A stretch of 64,000 nt of DNA from Elusimicrobiota bacterium (GCA_016196755.1 JACPXC010000062.1:45043-109042); one strand, 5' to 3'; counted from the stretch's first letter, positions 35,935 through 49,424 are shown. Numbers and translations: made by a program. Notes: a model not told the origin generated them from the letters alone.

Positions 35935-37402
35935 CGCCCCCCCGTGTCAGCAGGAACAGCGGACGGTCCGAGGCCGCTTCGCCGATCTTCTCGATTTTAG
36001 GGAACAGAGTCTTCGCGGCGCCGAGGAAGCGCTCCAGGTCGTAGGGACGGCTTTGGGGACGGCCCGGCATCCCGGTCCATTGGCGCGCTTTGCGATCGTC
36101 GCCGGTCGGGAACTCGACGATCGCGTAAGCGGAGCAAAGCGACGCAAGCTTGAGCACGATGGGCTCCAGGTCGCCGTATTCCTCGGTCCGGTGATAAAGA
36201 TGATGAATCACGCCGAGCAACGAGACGCACTGGTAGCGCCCCTCAAGCTCTGAATACCGGCGCAGCTCGAAACGGCAGCCCAGCCCGAGCCTCTCGTTGA
36301 TCTCCGAACAGCGGCGGACGTACTCCGGATTGTAATCGACCCCGTGCGCTCGCGCCTTTTGACGGATCGCCGCCGAGAAGACGTGCATCCCCATGTTCGA
36401 GCCGATGTCGAGGTACTCGCTGACTCCGAGGCGTGAAAGAACCGCGTCGACCGCCTTCCATTTCCGGTAGGACGGAGCCCATTCGTGCCCTGCCTCCAAT
36501 GCGCGGATCGAGTCCGGGCCGACGTCGAAATTCTGATACCCGCGCACTTGGTAGACGGGCCCGTCCCGGCGCACCGAGGATACGTCGGCGGGCTCCAGAG
36601 CCGGCGGATCATCCTCGAGCGAATCCAAGGCGCTCTCCAGCGACCGCCTTAGCGCCCGCCAACCCTCCACCGTCCTCAAGTCGTTGGCAAGCGCCGCCGT
36701 CCCGACCGCTTCGAACGGCGTGCCGCGCAAGGCCGCGAGAGCCTCCTTCTCGGCGCGGTCGAAGGAGGAGCTATCGTCCTGGATCGCCGATCCCCACGCG
36801 AGCAGCGCGCGTCTCCCTAAGCCGAACACAGCGAGGTGGATCAGCAGGGAAAGCTGGATGAAGCGGTTCTTCGCCGCCACCAGGTTCTCGCGGGGGCTCG
36901 GAGGGACGCCTTGCGGAGGGGAGACGAAAAGCAGCGCGTTGCCGCCGAAATCCACCCATCGCAAGCGGCCGTCGCGGCCCCACATGTAGTTCAATTCCAG
37001 CCCGCCGAGATCCCAGAGCACGAGGTTCCTCGGGATCAGCGCCTGCTGCAGGGATGCGACCTCGGCCAGCGCTCGCAGCAGCTCGCTCGGATAAGGCCGC
37101 ACGGGACGGAGCTCTTCATATGGATATTCCAGGACCCGATCGTCCGACACGCGGATCGGGGGGAGGGCCGGGTGATCGATCCTCGCCGACTCCAGGGCCC
37201 GGGTCATGAAGAGGAACCGGCGCGCGTAGGGCGTGAGCGCCTTGGCGACCACCTCGCGCCCAGCCCGGCGCGCGCGGTAGACCGGCCCATCCTTGCCTTG
37301 GCCGAGGAAAATCAGGCCCCGGTATCCCAGACGCGTCAGGGTCCAACGTCCCCGCAGCCTCTGTCCGAGGCGTACCCACCGCCTGCGCGTCGACTCTGTC
37401 AA
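35924..37402 (-). CDS. Bifunctional kinase-like / SAM-methyltransferase protein (WbdD-like glycan chain terminator candidate)
   Basis: N-terminal half has a Gly-rich loop GQGKDGPVY, a VAK Lys and a DFG motif (RWVDFGGN). C-terminal half has class I methyltransferase motifs (LDIGSNMG, VDYNPEYV, LLGVIHHL). TTG start; 11-nt overlap with the wzt-like start. Confidence 0.55.
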   Translation of the reverse strand: MTESTRRRWVRLGQRLRGRWTLTRLGYRGLIFLGQGKDGPVYRARRAGREVVAKALTPYARRFLFMTRALESARIDHPALPPIRVSDDRVLEYPYEELRPVRPYPSELLRALAEVASLQQALIPRNLVLWDLGGLELNYMWGRDGRLRWVDFGGNALLFVSPPQGVPPSPRENLVAAKNRFIQLSLLIHLAVFGLGRRALLAWGSAIQDDSSSFDRAEKEALAALRGTPFEAVGTAALANDLRTVEGWRALRRSLESALDSLEDDPPALEPADVSSVRRDGPVYQVRGYQNFDVGPDSIRALEAGHEWAPSYRKWKAVDAVLSRLGVSEYLDIGSNMGMHVFSAAIRQKARAHGVDYNPEYVRRCSEINERLGLGCRFELRRYSELEGRYQCVSLLGVIHHLYHRTEEYGDLEPIVLKLASLCSAYAIVEFPTGDDRKARQWTGMPGRPQSRPYDLERFLGAAKTLFPKIEKIGEAASDRPLFLLTRGGDAA

Positions 37403-37433
37403 GGCGCCCTCAATCGCGGGCGCGTCAGCATAA

Positions 37434-38474
37434 TCATAGGACCGGGTCGGCCACGCCCAGCATCGCGCGCAGCCTCGCCGCGTAGTTCTCCCAGCTCAAG
37501 TGCTCGACGGTCCGCCGCACGTCGGCGCCGAGGCGATACGCTTGCTCGATGAGCTCGGCGACGCGCTCCGCCGGGGCCTGGGGGTCGAAAAGGAAACCGT
37601 TGTCGCCGTGCCGTATGATGTCCGGCGCGAAGCCGGTCGCGCTCGCCACCGGCGCCGCGTTGCACATCATCGCCTCGATCAGCGGGATCGGCCCGCCTTC
37701 CAGCACGCCCGGAGAAACGAACACGTCCATCCGCGCGTAATGGCGCGGATACTCCGAATAGGGCGCCTCGACGTACTCGAAGTTCGGCAATTCGCTCAAC
37801 TCGGCAAACCGAGGCCATTCGCGCCAGCGACGTCCGAGCATGATGAATTTACGCTGGGGTAGCCGGCGCGCCAGTTCCAAAACGAGCGCCGGGCGCTTGC
37901 GCTCGTAATACGCGGTTGAAAACCCGACCGCTCCAAGGCCGCGGCGATGCGGCTCGAACAACGCGGGGTCCGCGGCCGCCGGGATCCAGGCCAGCCGCCG
38001 TTCCTGCACGCCGAGCGCTCTCAGCAGGCCCACCGCGGCGGAATTGGGGGCGATGACGCGCGTCGCCCTATTGAAGGCGTAGACCAGCTCTTCCTCGCCG
38101 ACCGTCAACTCCCTCGGATGGGTGTAATGCACGAGCAACTTCGCTCCCCAGGCCGCGGTATTGAGCTTGAGGAACTTGGGCAACAGACCGTAATGAGCGA
38201 GGAAGTAGGCGCGCGCCGGCGGAGGATCGGCGATGGCGTAATGAAAGGCCGTCTTTCCCCCGAACCGCGCCGCCGTTTCCCGGCAGATCGCCTCCAAGAT
38301 CCAGCCACGCGCGGGTTCCGGCACCACGAACGCCAGGTCGTAGAGGGGCGCCGGGGTCGCGCCGAGCAGCCGGGAGACCAGATAGCGGGCCCGCGTCCGA
38401 CGATAGGCCCAAGGATCGAAAAGCGGGGCCACCGTGATGCCGCGACCGCCTGTATGAAGGCCGGCAGCTGACAT
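37434..38474 (-). CDS. Glycosyltransferase family 4 (GT-B)
   Basis: GT-B layout and C-terminal Glyco_trans_1 region (VSPGVLEGGPIPLIEAMMCNAAPVAS). Confidence 0.7.
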   Translation of the reverse strand: MSAAGLHTGGRGITVAPLFDPWAYRRTRARYLVSRLLGATPAPLYDLAFVVPEPARGWILEAICRETAARFGGKTAFHYAIADPPPARAYFLAHYGLLPKFLKLNTAAWGAKLLVHYTHPRELTVGEEELVYAFNRATRVIAPNSAAVGLLRALGVQERRLAWIPAAADPALFEPHRRGLGAVGFSTAYYERKRPALVLELARRLPQRKFIMLGRRWREWPRFAELSELPNFEYVEAPYSEYPRHYARMDVFVSPGVLEGGPIPLIEAMMCNAAPVASATGFAPDIIRHGDNGFLFDPQAPAERVAELIEQAYRLGADVRRTVEHLSWENYAARLRAMLGVADPVL

Positions 38475-38549
38475 GGCTCCATCCTACAATTCTTCCCGAG
38501 CACCCGCCATCGCGTTTCACTTTGGTAGACTGGAGCAGGCCCGCGCGCC

Positions 38550-39272
38550 ATGCCGACCCCGCCGACCGAATTCCTAGTGCCCGACGTCGCCGTCGAGTAC
38601 ATCCTGCTGCAGCGGACCGCCCTACAGCGTTATCCGCGCCTGCTCCGCGCGCTAAGCATCCCCTACCGACCCTGCGTTTCCTTTTTCGATTCTCGGCTGC
38701 GACGCCGCAGCATCAAGGCCGGTTTCGTCCGAAGCATAGTAGAGGATTTCGAAACGCTCAAGCCGTTCTTGCCGACGCGGGCCCGCGCCATCCTCGACAT
38801 CGGCTGCGGCGTGGCGGGCATCGACGTCCTTCTGCACCGGCACTACGCCGTCGACTCCGGCGGCCCGCAGTTCTACCTGGTCGACAAGAGCGAGGTCGCC
38901 GCGAAGATTTACTACGGTCTTGAGCCGAAAGCCGCCTTTTACAACTCCCTCGACGCGGCGCAGCAGTTGCTCGCCGCCAATGGGGTCCCGCCCTGGAAGG
39001 TGCGCGCGCTCTGGAGCCGCGACGACGGCCTGATCGACGTCGCGAGCGGCGCCGTCGACCTAGTCGTTTCGCTGCTCTCTTGGGGGCATCACTACCCGGT
39101 GGAGACCTATCTCGACGCCGTCTGGGCCGCGCTCGCGACCGGCGGAGCGCTGATCCTCGACGTTCGAAATGGGACCGGGGGCGAGGACGCGTTGCGGCGC
39201 AGGTTCGGGCACATCGAAGCGCTTGCCGTTGACTCGAAAAAGACCCGGTTCCGCTGCGTTAAGGGCTCCTGA
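38550..39272 (+). CDS. Class I SAM-dependent methyltransferase
   Basis: Motif I ILDIGCGVAGIDVLL and FkbM/Methyltransf-like layout. Confidence 0.65.
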   Translation: MPTPPTEFLVPDVAVEYILLQRTALQRYPRLLRALSIPYRPCVSFFDSRLRRRSIKAGFVRSIVEDFETLKPFLPTRARAILDIGCGVAGIDVLLHRHYAVDSGGPQFYLVDKSEVAAKIYYGLEPKAAFYNSLDAAQQLLAANGVPPWKVRALWSRDDGLIDVASGAVDLVVSLLSWGHHYPVETYLDAVWAALATGGALILDVRNGTGGEDALRRRFGHIEALAVDSKKTRFRCVKGS

Positions 39273-39280
39273 CTAGCGAG

Positions 39281-39298
39281 CGCGCAAACCCTTGCGCG
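39281..39298. terminator. Hairpin CGCGCAA-ACCC-TTGCGCG between convergent genes
   Basis: Perfect 7-bp stem with a weak T tract (TCTT). Confidence 0.3.
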
Positions 39299-39322
39299 TC
39301 TTAGGCTTGCGGACGGGGCTCC

Positions 39323-41035
39323 TCATCGCCGCAGGGCCTCGGCCGCGGGGTCCGCGAAGTCCTCGGCCAGCCGGTCAAGACGCGAGTCGAAGGGGTCCAG
39401 CGCCCGCGCCGCGGCCAGGGCGGCGCGGCCCGCGGGCAAGGAGTCCGAGCCGGCCCAGCGGGCCCGGCGCAGCTCGGCAAGCGCCAAGAGGCGCAGGAAC
39501 TCCGGCTCGGCGGGCCGGAGGCGGGCGCCGGCCAGGGCCGTGTCGCGCGCGCCCTCCAGCAGCGCCCCCCGTCCGGACGGCGGGGCGGCGCCGGCCGCGT
39601 CCCAAAGCAGGTTCATGAGATCCGTCCTGAAGGGCACGGACTCCGGGAGGCCGTCGACGGCGGCTCGGAAGTGATCCGCCGCCTCCCGCGGCCGCCCCTC
39701 GCTCCGCGCCAGCCGTCCCAAGAAGGCATGGCGCTCGGCGGGGATGCGGCGCAGCCCGGCCCAGGCGTTCCAGAGCGTCCCGCTCAGGAAGAGCACGGCG
39801 GCCGCGACCGCCGCGCCCCGCCCGCCCTGCGAGGGACGCGCCCCCAGCGCGGCGCCCGCCAGGGTGGCGGCCAGGAAGGCCACCGGCAGGATCGGGAGGT
39901 TGGTCTTGCTGAACAGAAAGATCGCAAGGAGTCCTCCCCCGGCCGCGGCGCCGGCCGCTCCCGGCGCCAGGGCCAGGCGCAGGCCGGCGATGTGCAGCCA
40001 GGCGTAGGCCGCCGCGCCCAAAGCGCCGAGGGCCGCCAGGACCTCCGCCCAGTCGTTATGGGCGTGGGGATAGACCGAGCCGGGAGGCGCCGCCGCGGCC
40101 AATGACTCTGAGCGCCGGCGCCTGTATAGGTTGCCGAAGGTCCCCGGCCCCTGGCCCAGGAGCGGCCGCTCGGCCAGGCCCCGCGCGGCGACCAGCAGGG
40201 CCGGCAGGCGCGTGCCCGCGGGGCGGGAACCCTTGAAACCGATCCAAGCCGTCGCCGCCGCCGCCGCCGCCAAGCAGCCGACCACCAGAGTCCATGCCGC
40301 GCGCCGGGCCCAAGGCCGCCCATCGCGCCACAGGAGCAGCCCGCCGCCGCAGGCGGCTCCCAGCCAGGCTCCCCGGGTCCCCGAGGCGGCCAGCGCACCC
40401 GCCGCCAAGGCCGCTGAAGCCGACGCGGCGACGCGCTCGGCTCCCGGCCGCGCCGCCAGCGCCCAGGCCAGGGCGGCGGGGGCGGCCAACGCCAGGTAGC
40501 CGCCCAGGGCCACGGGATGGCCGAAGAGGCCGCTGGCCCGGTCCAATTCGCCGCGGACCAGGAAGAACGCCCACCGAGGCGCCAACACCTGGGCCAGCGA
40601 GACCAGCGCGACCAGCACGGAGCCCGCGGCCAAACAGACGCCCAGCCCGCGGTCGGCCCCCGGTTCCGAGCGGCCCGCGGCCACGCCCAGGTAAAATCCG
40701 GCCAGCACGGCCGCCAGCCCGGTCAGCGAGGCTAGCGGCTCGAGCTCCGGGCCATAGAGGCTGGCGGGCAGGTCCGCGGAAACCGCCGTGGAGGCCAGCG
40801 CGGCCAGGCTGAAGGCCGCCAACGGAGCCTCCAGGCCGACCGCCAGCGAGCCGGCACCCCCGGCCGCCCAGGCCAGCGCTCCGGCGGCGGCGGCTGCCGC
40901 GGCCAGCAGGCACTTGGGAAGGAGCGCGGCGTCGCGCAGGCCGAAGAAAACCAGGCTCGGCGCGGCCAATGCGGCGGCGCAGGCGGCCCGGTAGGGGAGC
41001 ATGGCCAAGGAATCCCTAGAGCGGGATGTTCCCAT
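39323..41035 (-). CDS. Wzy_C (O-antigen ligase/polymerase-like) membrane protein with C-terminal TPR-like domain
   Basis: Motif SVYPHAHNDWAEVLAALG (Wzy_C), 10 or more TM helices, C-terminal helical repeats. Paralogous in architecture to the protein at 14610..16208. Confidence 0.65.
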   Translation of the reverse strand: MGTSRSRDSLAMLPYRAACAAALAAPSLVFFGLRDAALLPKCLLAAAAAAAGALAWAAGGAGSLAVGLEAPLAAFSLAALASTAVSADLPASLYGPELEPLASLTGLAAVLAGFYLGVAAGRSEPGADRGLGVCLAAGSVLVALVSLAQVLAPRWAFFLVRGELDRASGLFGHPVALGGYLALAAPAALAWALAARPGAERVAASASAALAAGALAASGTRGAWLGAACGGGLLLWRDGRPWARRAAWTLVVGCLAAAAAATAWIGFKGSRPAGTRLPALLVAARGLAERPLLGQGPGTFGNLYRRRRSESLAAAAPPGSVYPHAHNDWAEVLAALGALGAAAYAWLHIAGLRLALAPGAAGAAAGGGLLAIFLFSKTNLPILPVAFLAATLAGAALGARPSQGGRGAAVAAAVLFLSGTLWNAWAGLRRIPAERHAFLGRLARSEGRPREAADHFRAAVDGLPESVPFRTDLMNLLWDAAGAAPPSGRGALLEGARDTALAGARLRPAEPEFLRLLALAELRRARWAGSDSLPAGRAALAAARALDPFDSRLDRLAEDFADPAAEALRR

Positions 41036-42569
41036 GCTTCTTAGGCGACTTCGCCGCCTTCTTGCCGCGCAGGAACCGGAACGCGTTGACGATCTTTCCG
41101 CGCGTCTTGCGCGCCTCGATGACCTCGTCGATGTAGCCTCGCTGGGCCGCGAGGTAGGGGTTCGCGAACTGCTTGGTGTAATCGTCGACGAGCTCCTTGC
41201 GGCGCTCCTCGGGCTTGGCCGCGCGCCGGATCTCGCGCGCGAAAAGGATGCTGACCGCCCCCTGCGGGCCCATCACGGCGATCTCGGCGCAGGGCCAGGC
41301 GAAGTTGAGGTCGCCGCGCACGTGCTTGGAGCTCATGACGTCGTAGGCGCCGCCGTAGGCCTTCTTGAGCACGACCGTCACCTTGGGGACCGTGGCCTGA
41401 CAGTAGGCGTAGAGGAGCTTAGCACCCTTGCGGATGATGCCGCCGTGCTCCTGCTCGACGCCCGGCCAGTAGCCGGGGACGTCGACCAAGGTCAAAAGCG
41501 GGATGTTGAACGCGTCGCAGCAGCGCACGAAGCGCGCGGCCTTCTCCGAGGCCGCGATATCGAGCGCGCCGGAGAGGTGGGCCGGGTTGTTGGCGACCAC
41601 CCCGACGGACTTCCCGCCCAGGCGGATGAAGCCGATGACGATGTTGCGCGCAAATCCGGCGTGCACCTCGAAGAAGCTGCGTTCGTCGGCCAGCTCGCGG
41701 ATGACCTCGTGGGCGGCGTAGGGCCGCTTGGCGTCCTGGTGGGCGATGCGGTCGAGCGCGGCGGACTCGCGGTTGGGGTCGTCGGCGGTGACCCGGGGCT
41801 TGACGGGCTCGGCGTAGTTCTGGGGCAGGAACTCGAGCAGTTCCTGGATCTGACGGAAGCAGTCGGGTTCGGAGTTGGCGACGAAGTGGCAGACCCCCGA
41901 ACGCTCGCTGTGGGCCTCCACGCCGCCCAGGGTGTCGAAGTCGGTCTCCTCGCCGGTGGCCGCGCGGATGACCTCGGGGCCGGTGATGAACATGTGGCTG
42001 GTATCCTTCACCATGAAGACGAAGTCGGTGATGGCCGGAGAGTAGACGGCCCCGCCCGCGCAGGGGCCGAGGATCGCGGAGATCTGCGGGATCGCCCCCG
42101 ACGCCTGGACGTTTCGGTAGAAGATCTCGGCGTAGCCGCCCAAGGCGTCGACGCCCTCCTGGATGCGCGCCCCGCCCGAGTCGCAGAGGCCGATGACCGG
42201 CACGCCGCTCTCCAAGGCTAGGTCCATGATCTTGCAGATCTTCTCGGCGTGGGCGAGGCCCAGGGAACCGCCCATCACCGTGAAGTCTTGGCTGTAGACG
42301 CAGACGTTGCGGCCATGGATGCGGCCCATGCCGGTGACCACACCGTCGGCGGGCAGGTCCTTGTCGGCCAGGCCGAACTCCTTGGCCCGGGTCTGGCGCA
42401 GGAGGTCGAGCTCCTGGAAGCTGTCCTCGTCGAGCAGGAGGTCGAGGCGCTCGCGGGCGGTGAGCTTGCCGGCCTTTTTCTGGGCCTCGAGCCGCTCGGG
42501 CCCGCCCATCGCCTTGGCCTTCTCGCTCCGGCGCTGGAGGTCGGCCGTCTTATCGGAGACGATCTTCAT
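41016..42569 (-). CDS. pccB: Acyl-CoA carboxyltransferase beta subunit (propionyl-CoA carboxylase / methylmalonyl-CoA carboxyltransferase 12S-like)
   Basis: Carboxyl_trans motifs (GGSLG..., VIGLCDSGGARIQEG, GPCAGGAVYSPA). Confidence 0.85.
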   Translation of the reverse strand: MKIVSDKTADLQRRSEKAKAMGGPERLEAQKKAGKLTARERLDLLLDEDSFQELDLLRQTRAKEFGLADKDLPADGVVTGMGRIHGRNVCVYSQDFTVMGGSLGLAHAEKICKIMDLALESGVPVIGLCDSGGARIQEGVDALGGYAEIFYRNVQASGAIPQISAILGPCAGGAVYSPAITDFVFMVKDTSHMFITGPEVIRAATGEETDFDTLGGVEAHSERSGVCHFVANSEPDCFRQIQELLEFLPQNYAEPVKPRVTADDPNRESAALDRIAHQDAKRPYAAHEVIRELADERSFFEVHAGFARNIVIGFIRLGGKSVGVVANNPAHLSGALDIAASEKAARFVRCCDAFNIPLLTLVDVPGYWPGVEQEHGGIIRKGAKLLYAYCQATVPKVTVVLKKAYGGAYDVMSSKHVRGDLNFAWPCAEIAVMGPQGAVSILFAREIRRAAKPEERRKELVDDYTKQFANPYLAAQRGYIDEVIEARKTRGKIVNAFRFLRGKKAAKSPKKHGNIPL

Positions 42570-42974
42570 TCACCCTCCCACCAGCTCGATGAGGACACCG
42601 CCGCAATGCTTGGGATGCACGAAGCAGATCTGGTGGCCGCGGGCGCCCTCGCGCGGCGCGGCCTCGAGCGGCGGCGCGCCGCCCTTTCTCAAAACGTCCA
42701 TCGCGGGTGCTACGAGAGGTGCGGCGAAGGCGAGGTGGTGGAGGCCGGGCCCTCGGGCGCCGATGAACTTGGCCACCGAGGCCTCGGGGGCGGTGGGCTC
42801 GAGCAGCTCGATGGCAGTCCCCCCGAGCTCGCTCGGGTCGACGAGGAAGGCCACGCGCACCTTCTGGGAAAGGACTTCCTCGCGATGGACCTCGACGAGG
42901 CCGAGCAGTTCCTTGTAGAAACGCGCCGACTCATCGAGCGAGCTGACCGCCACCCCGATGTGGTCGATCTTCAC
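42570..42974 (-). CDS. mce: Methylmalonyl-CoA epimerase (glyoxalase/VOC family)
   Basis: [10 protein letters not shown]...HLAF...HICFV metal ligands and a 134-aa VOC fold. Confidence 0.8.
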   Translation of the reverse strand: MKIDHIGVAVSSLDESARFYKELLGLVEVHREEVLSQKVRVAFLVDPSELGGTAIELLEPTAPEASVAKFIGARGPGLHHLAFAAPLVAPAMDVLRKGGAPPLEAAPREGARGHQICFVHPKHCGGVLIELVGG

Positions 42975-43915
42975 TTCCGCCCCGCGAGCAGGGTCCCGCC
43001 CAAGGACTGCGGGCTGGACTTCTTGGCGGCCAGGAGGTCGATGTGCCGGTCGGTGACGCGCGCCATGGCGTCGCGGTAGAGCCGCCGGGAGAGGACCAGG
43101 GACAGCTCGCGGCGCAGCTGTCGGCGCCGCCGGCTCTCGAGCTCCCCGGAGGAGGCCAGGTGGGCACGGTGCGCGTCGATGTCGGCGGCCAGCTCGGCGA
43201 CGCCCTTGCCGGTCAAAGCCGAGACGGGCGCTATCCGCGGGGCCCAGCCGCCGTCGTGGAGCGGGTTGAGCGAGAGCGCGTCCTTGAGCATCGCCACGGC
43301 GCGCTCCACCTCGGGCAGGTCGGCCTTGTTGACCGCGAACACGTCGCCGATCTCCATGGTGCCGGCCTTCATGGCCTGGAACTCGTCGCCCTGGTAGGGA
43401 GCGCTGACGCAGACGACGGTGTCGACCACCTCGGCTACGTCCACCTCGTCCTGCCCGGTGCCGACGGTCTCGACGAGCACCTTCGAGAAGCCGCAGGCCT
43501 CCAGGACGTGGATCGCCGCGAAGATGGTCGCATTGAGGCCGCCCATCATGCCGCGCGTGGCCAAGGAGCGCATGAAGACGCCGTCGTCGAGCGAGTGCGC
43601 CTGGAAGCGCATACGGTCGCCGAGGAAAGCGCCGCCGGTGAAGGCGCTGGTGGGGTCCACGGCCAGCACTCCCACCGTCTCGCCCGCGGCGCGCAGGCGC
43701 GTCACCAGGCGGTTGACCAGGGAGGACTTGCCGCTGCCCGGCGAGCCGCAGAGGCCGACGGTGTGCGAGGCCCCGTGATCAGAGAAGAAGGCTCCCGCCA
43801 GAGCCTCGTGGCCGGGACGCTCCTCGGTGACGATGCTCAGAGCGCGCGCGGCCGCCGCCCGGTCGCCGCGCCGGACGCGCGCGGCCAGCTCGCGGACGTC
43901 CTTAGCGCTTGGCAC
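42971..43915 (-). CDS. meaB: Methylmalonyl-CoA mutase-associated GTPase MeaB/ArgK
   Basis: P-loop [10 protein letters not shown]-motifs, ArgK family layout. Confidence 0.85.
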   Translation of the reverse strand: MPSAKDVRELAARVRRGDRAAAARALSIVTEERPGHEALAGAFFSDHGASHTVGLCGSPGSGKSSLVNRLVTRLRAAGETVGVLAVDPTSAFTGGAFLGDRMRFQAHSLDDGVFMRSLATRGMMGGLNATIFAAIHVLEACGFSKVLVETVGTGQDEVDVAEVVDTVVCVSAPYQGDEFQAMKAGTMEIGDVFAVNKADLPEVERAVAMLKDALSLNPLHDGGWAPRIAPVSALTGKGVAELAADIDAHRAHLASSGELESRRRRQLRRELSLVLSRRLYRDAMARVTDRHIDLLAAKKSSPQSLGGTLLAGRK

Positions 43916-44348
43916 GGCTTCCCTTCGCCGCCTTGGGGGCGGCGTCGAGACGCTCGCGCAGGAAAGCGACGATGGCGTCGGTCGGCGTGCCCGGCCCGAA
44001 GACGCCCGCGACGCCCTTCTTCTTGAGCGCGGCCACGTCCTCGTCGGGGATGATCCCGCCGCCGAAGACCAGCACGCCGCCGAGTCCCTGCTTCTTCATG
44101 AGATCGACGACGCGCGGGAAGAGGGTCATGTGGGCGCCCGAGAGCAGCGAGAGTCCCACGGCCTCCACGTCCTCCTGGAGGGCGGTGCGCGCGATCATCT
44201 CGGGGGTCTGGCGGATGCCGGTGTAGATCACCTCGAAGCCCGCGTCGCGCAGGGCCCGCACGATGATCTTGGCCCCGCGGTCGTGGCCGTCGAGGCCCGG
44301 CTTGGCGATGAGGATGCGGTGCGAGGGAAGGGTGTTCACTTCGGTCAT
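43902..44348 (-). CDS. Methylmalonyl-CoA mutase, B12-binding small subunit
   Basis: DxHxxG cobalamin-binding motif ([11 protein letters not shown]) and Rossmann-like B12-binding domain. Confidence 0.85.
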   Translation of the reverse strand: MTEVNTLPSHRILIAKPGLDGHDRGAKIIVRALRDAGFEVIYTGIRQTPEMIARTALQEDVEAVGLSLLSGAHMTLFPRVVDLMKKQGLGGVLVFGGGIIPDEDVAALKKKGVAGVFGPGTPTDAIVAFLRERLDAAPKAAKGSRAKR

Positions 44349-45444
44349 AGCATACCGTCCTGGGTCTCGAGGAGCTCCACGACCGCGTCGACGGCCTCCG
44401 GCCAGAAGCGCGTGCCGCGGCCGGACTTCACCTCGGCCACCGCGCGGGCCTTGAGCTCCTCGGGCGGCACGCCGGCGTTCATGCGCAGTTCCTCGATGAC
44501 CTCGACGATCCCGAGGATGCGCGCCCCGACCGGGATATCCTCGCCCTTGAGCTTGCCCGGATAGCCTTGGCCGTCCCAGCGCTCATGATGGTGCTTGATG
44601 ATCGGGATCGCCCCGTCGAGCAGGCGGATGCCCTCGAGCATCTTGACCGACATGAGAGGATGCTGCTCCTCGACCGGGGTGAGGATGCCCACCTCGGCCA
44701 GGATCTTGGGGTTCTTAAAGCCCACGTAGCCGATGTCGTGCAGGAGCCCGGCGTAGTACATCATCCGGTACTCGTACTCGTCGCCCCCCATCGCCCGGGT
44801 GATGGCGCAGGCCAGGCGCGCGGCGCGGGTCGGGTGCTCGAGCATGCGGGGTTTGGAGATCTCGATCATGCCGACCAAGAGCTCGAGGACGTGCGAGAAG
44901 AAGTTCTTCTGGTCCTGGATGATGCGGGTGTTGGTGATGGCCACCGAAGCCAAATTCGAGAGCGCCGAGAGCAGGCCGATGTCCTCGGGGGAGTAGGGCG
45001 GCTGGCGCTTGTTGAGCACCTCGCAGACCCCGACGAGCTCGCCGCGGAAGAACATCGGCACGGCCAAGAGCGAGCGCGTGATGAAGCCCGAGGCCTTGTC
45101 GAACTGGCCGGCGAAGCGCGGGTCCTTGGAGGTGTCGTTGACCACCTCGGGCTTGCCGTGCTGGGCCACCCAGCCGGCGATGCCCTTGCCGATGGGCAGG
45201 GTCATGGTCTTGAGCTTGGCGCCGGCAGCACCTCCGGCGGTCTTGAAGAACAGGCTCTTCTTGTCGTCGGTGACCAGCATGATGGCGCTGGCCTCGGAGT
45301 CGAGCAGGCGCTCGGCCGCCGCGCCGATCTTCTCGAGCAGGAAGTCGAGGTCCGGGGTGGAGTTGAGCGAGCCGGCGATGGAGAAGAGCTCGAGAGCCAG
45401 GCCGGTGTCGAAGACGCGGCCGGCGGCGGCGGGAGGCGTCGTGG

Positions 45445-45448
<4 letters not shown>
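44345..45448 (-). CDS. GAF-domain / HD-GYP phosphodiesterase
   Basis: N-terminal GAF domain; C-terminal HD-GYP (HDIGYVG...[14 protein letters not shown]). Trimmed from the fused 903-aa track ORF to [14 protein letters not shown] overlap with the pilB stop. Confidence 0.8.
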
Positions 45449-48863
<3,415 letters not shown>

Positions 48864-48871
<8 letters not shown>

Positions 48872-49208
48872 CGCGCAGTTCCAGCTCGTCTCCGGGGGAG
48901 AGCTTCCCCCCCGCCGTCCCGGCAGCCATCTCAAGCACGCTGTGGGCCGAGTAGACCCAAGGCGAGAGTCGCCAGGGCTTGAGGCCCTCCGCTACCCGCC
49001 GGACCCTCAGGCCCCGGTCGATGAAGACCACGTCGATCGGGAACCTCATGAAGAACATGTGGACCATCGCGCACGGCACGATCCACACGCCTTCGCCGGG
49101 TCCCAGGGAGTCCCGTCCGAGGAGCCCCTTGGCTCGCGTCGTCGCCGTGTCGCACCGGTCGATTCGGTCCGCTACGACGGCTCCGCGAGTCTTGTTGAAT
49201 ATTATCAA
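48864..49208 (-). CDS. DUF192 (COG1430) domain protein
   Basis: VWIVPCAMVHMFFMRFPIDVVFID is diagnostic of DUF192. TTG start at 49208 lies inside the 40-nt direct repeat. Confidence 0.65.
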
Positions 49209-49214
49209 AATGGG
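49175..49214. repeat. Direct repeat copy 1 (about 40 nt; spans the DUF192 start codon and first codons)
   Basis: CGACGGCTCCGCGAGTCTTGTTGAATATTATCAAAATGGG matches 49555-49594 with 4 mismatches. Confidence 0.7.
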
Positions 49215-49217
49215 CGC

Positions 49218-49379
49218 TCAATCCCGCAGCGTCTTGACCCAGCGAACCGAGCCTTTGGACAACTCGGGATGGTCGACGCTCTTCCAAGACCCGGAGGCGG
49301 CCTTAAGCGCACGCAACTGGCGGAGCGCTTTGCGCACTCTAGCTGCTTGCGGCTTCGTTCGCGGGTTGTTCTTGTTCAT
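49218..49379 (-). CDS. Small basic hypothetical protein (53 aa)
   Basis: Sub-threshold ORF MNKNNPRTKPQAARVRKALRQLRALKAASGSWKSVDHPELSKGSVRWVKTLRD. Lys/Arg-rich, preceded by an 18-bp perfect palindrome. Not in the ORF track (under 60 aa). Confidence 0.35.
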   Translation of the reverse strand: MNKNNPRTKPQAARVRKALRQLRALKAASGSWKSVDHPELSKGSVRWVKTLRD

Positions 49380-49390
49380 CCTAGCGTCCA

Positions 49391-49408
49391 ACTGTCCACG
49401 TGGACAGT
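49391..49408. promoter_or_regulatory. 18-bp perfect palindrome ACTGTCCACGTGGACAGT (operator-like) with adjacent TATACT
   Basis: Perfect dyad with a CACGTG core. It lies 12 nt upstream of the small basic ORF's ATG on its coding strand. A TATACT -10-like hexamer is adjacent. Confidence 0.45.
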
Positions 49409-49424
49409 ATACCCCGCGCCCGCG

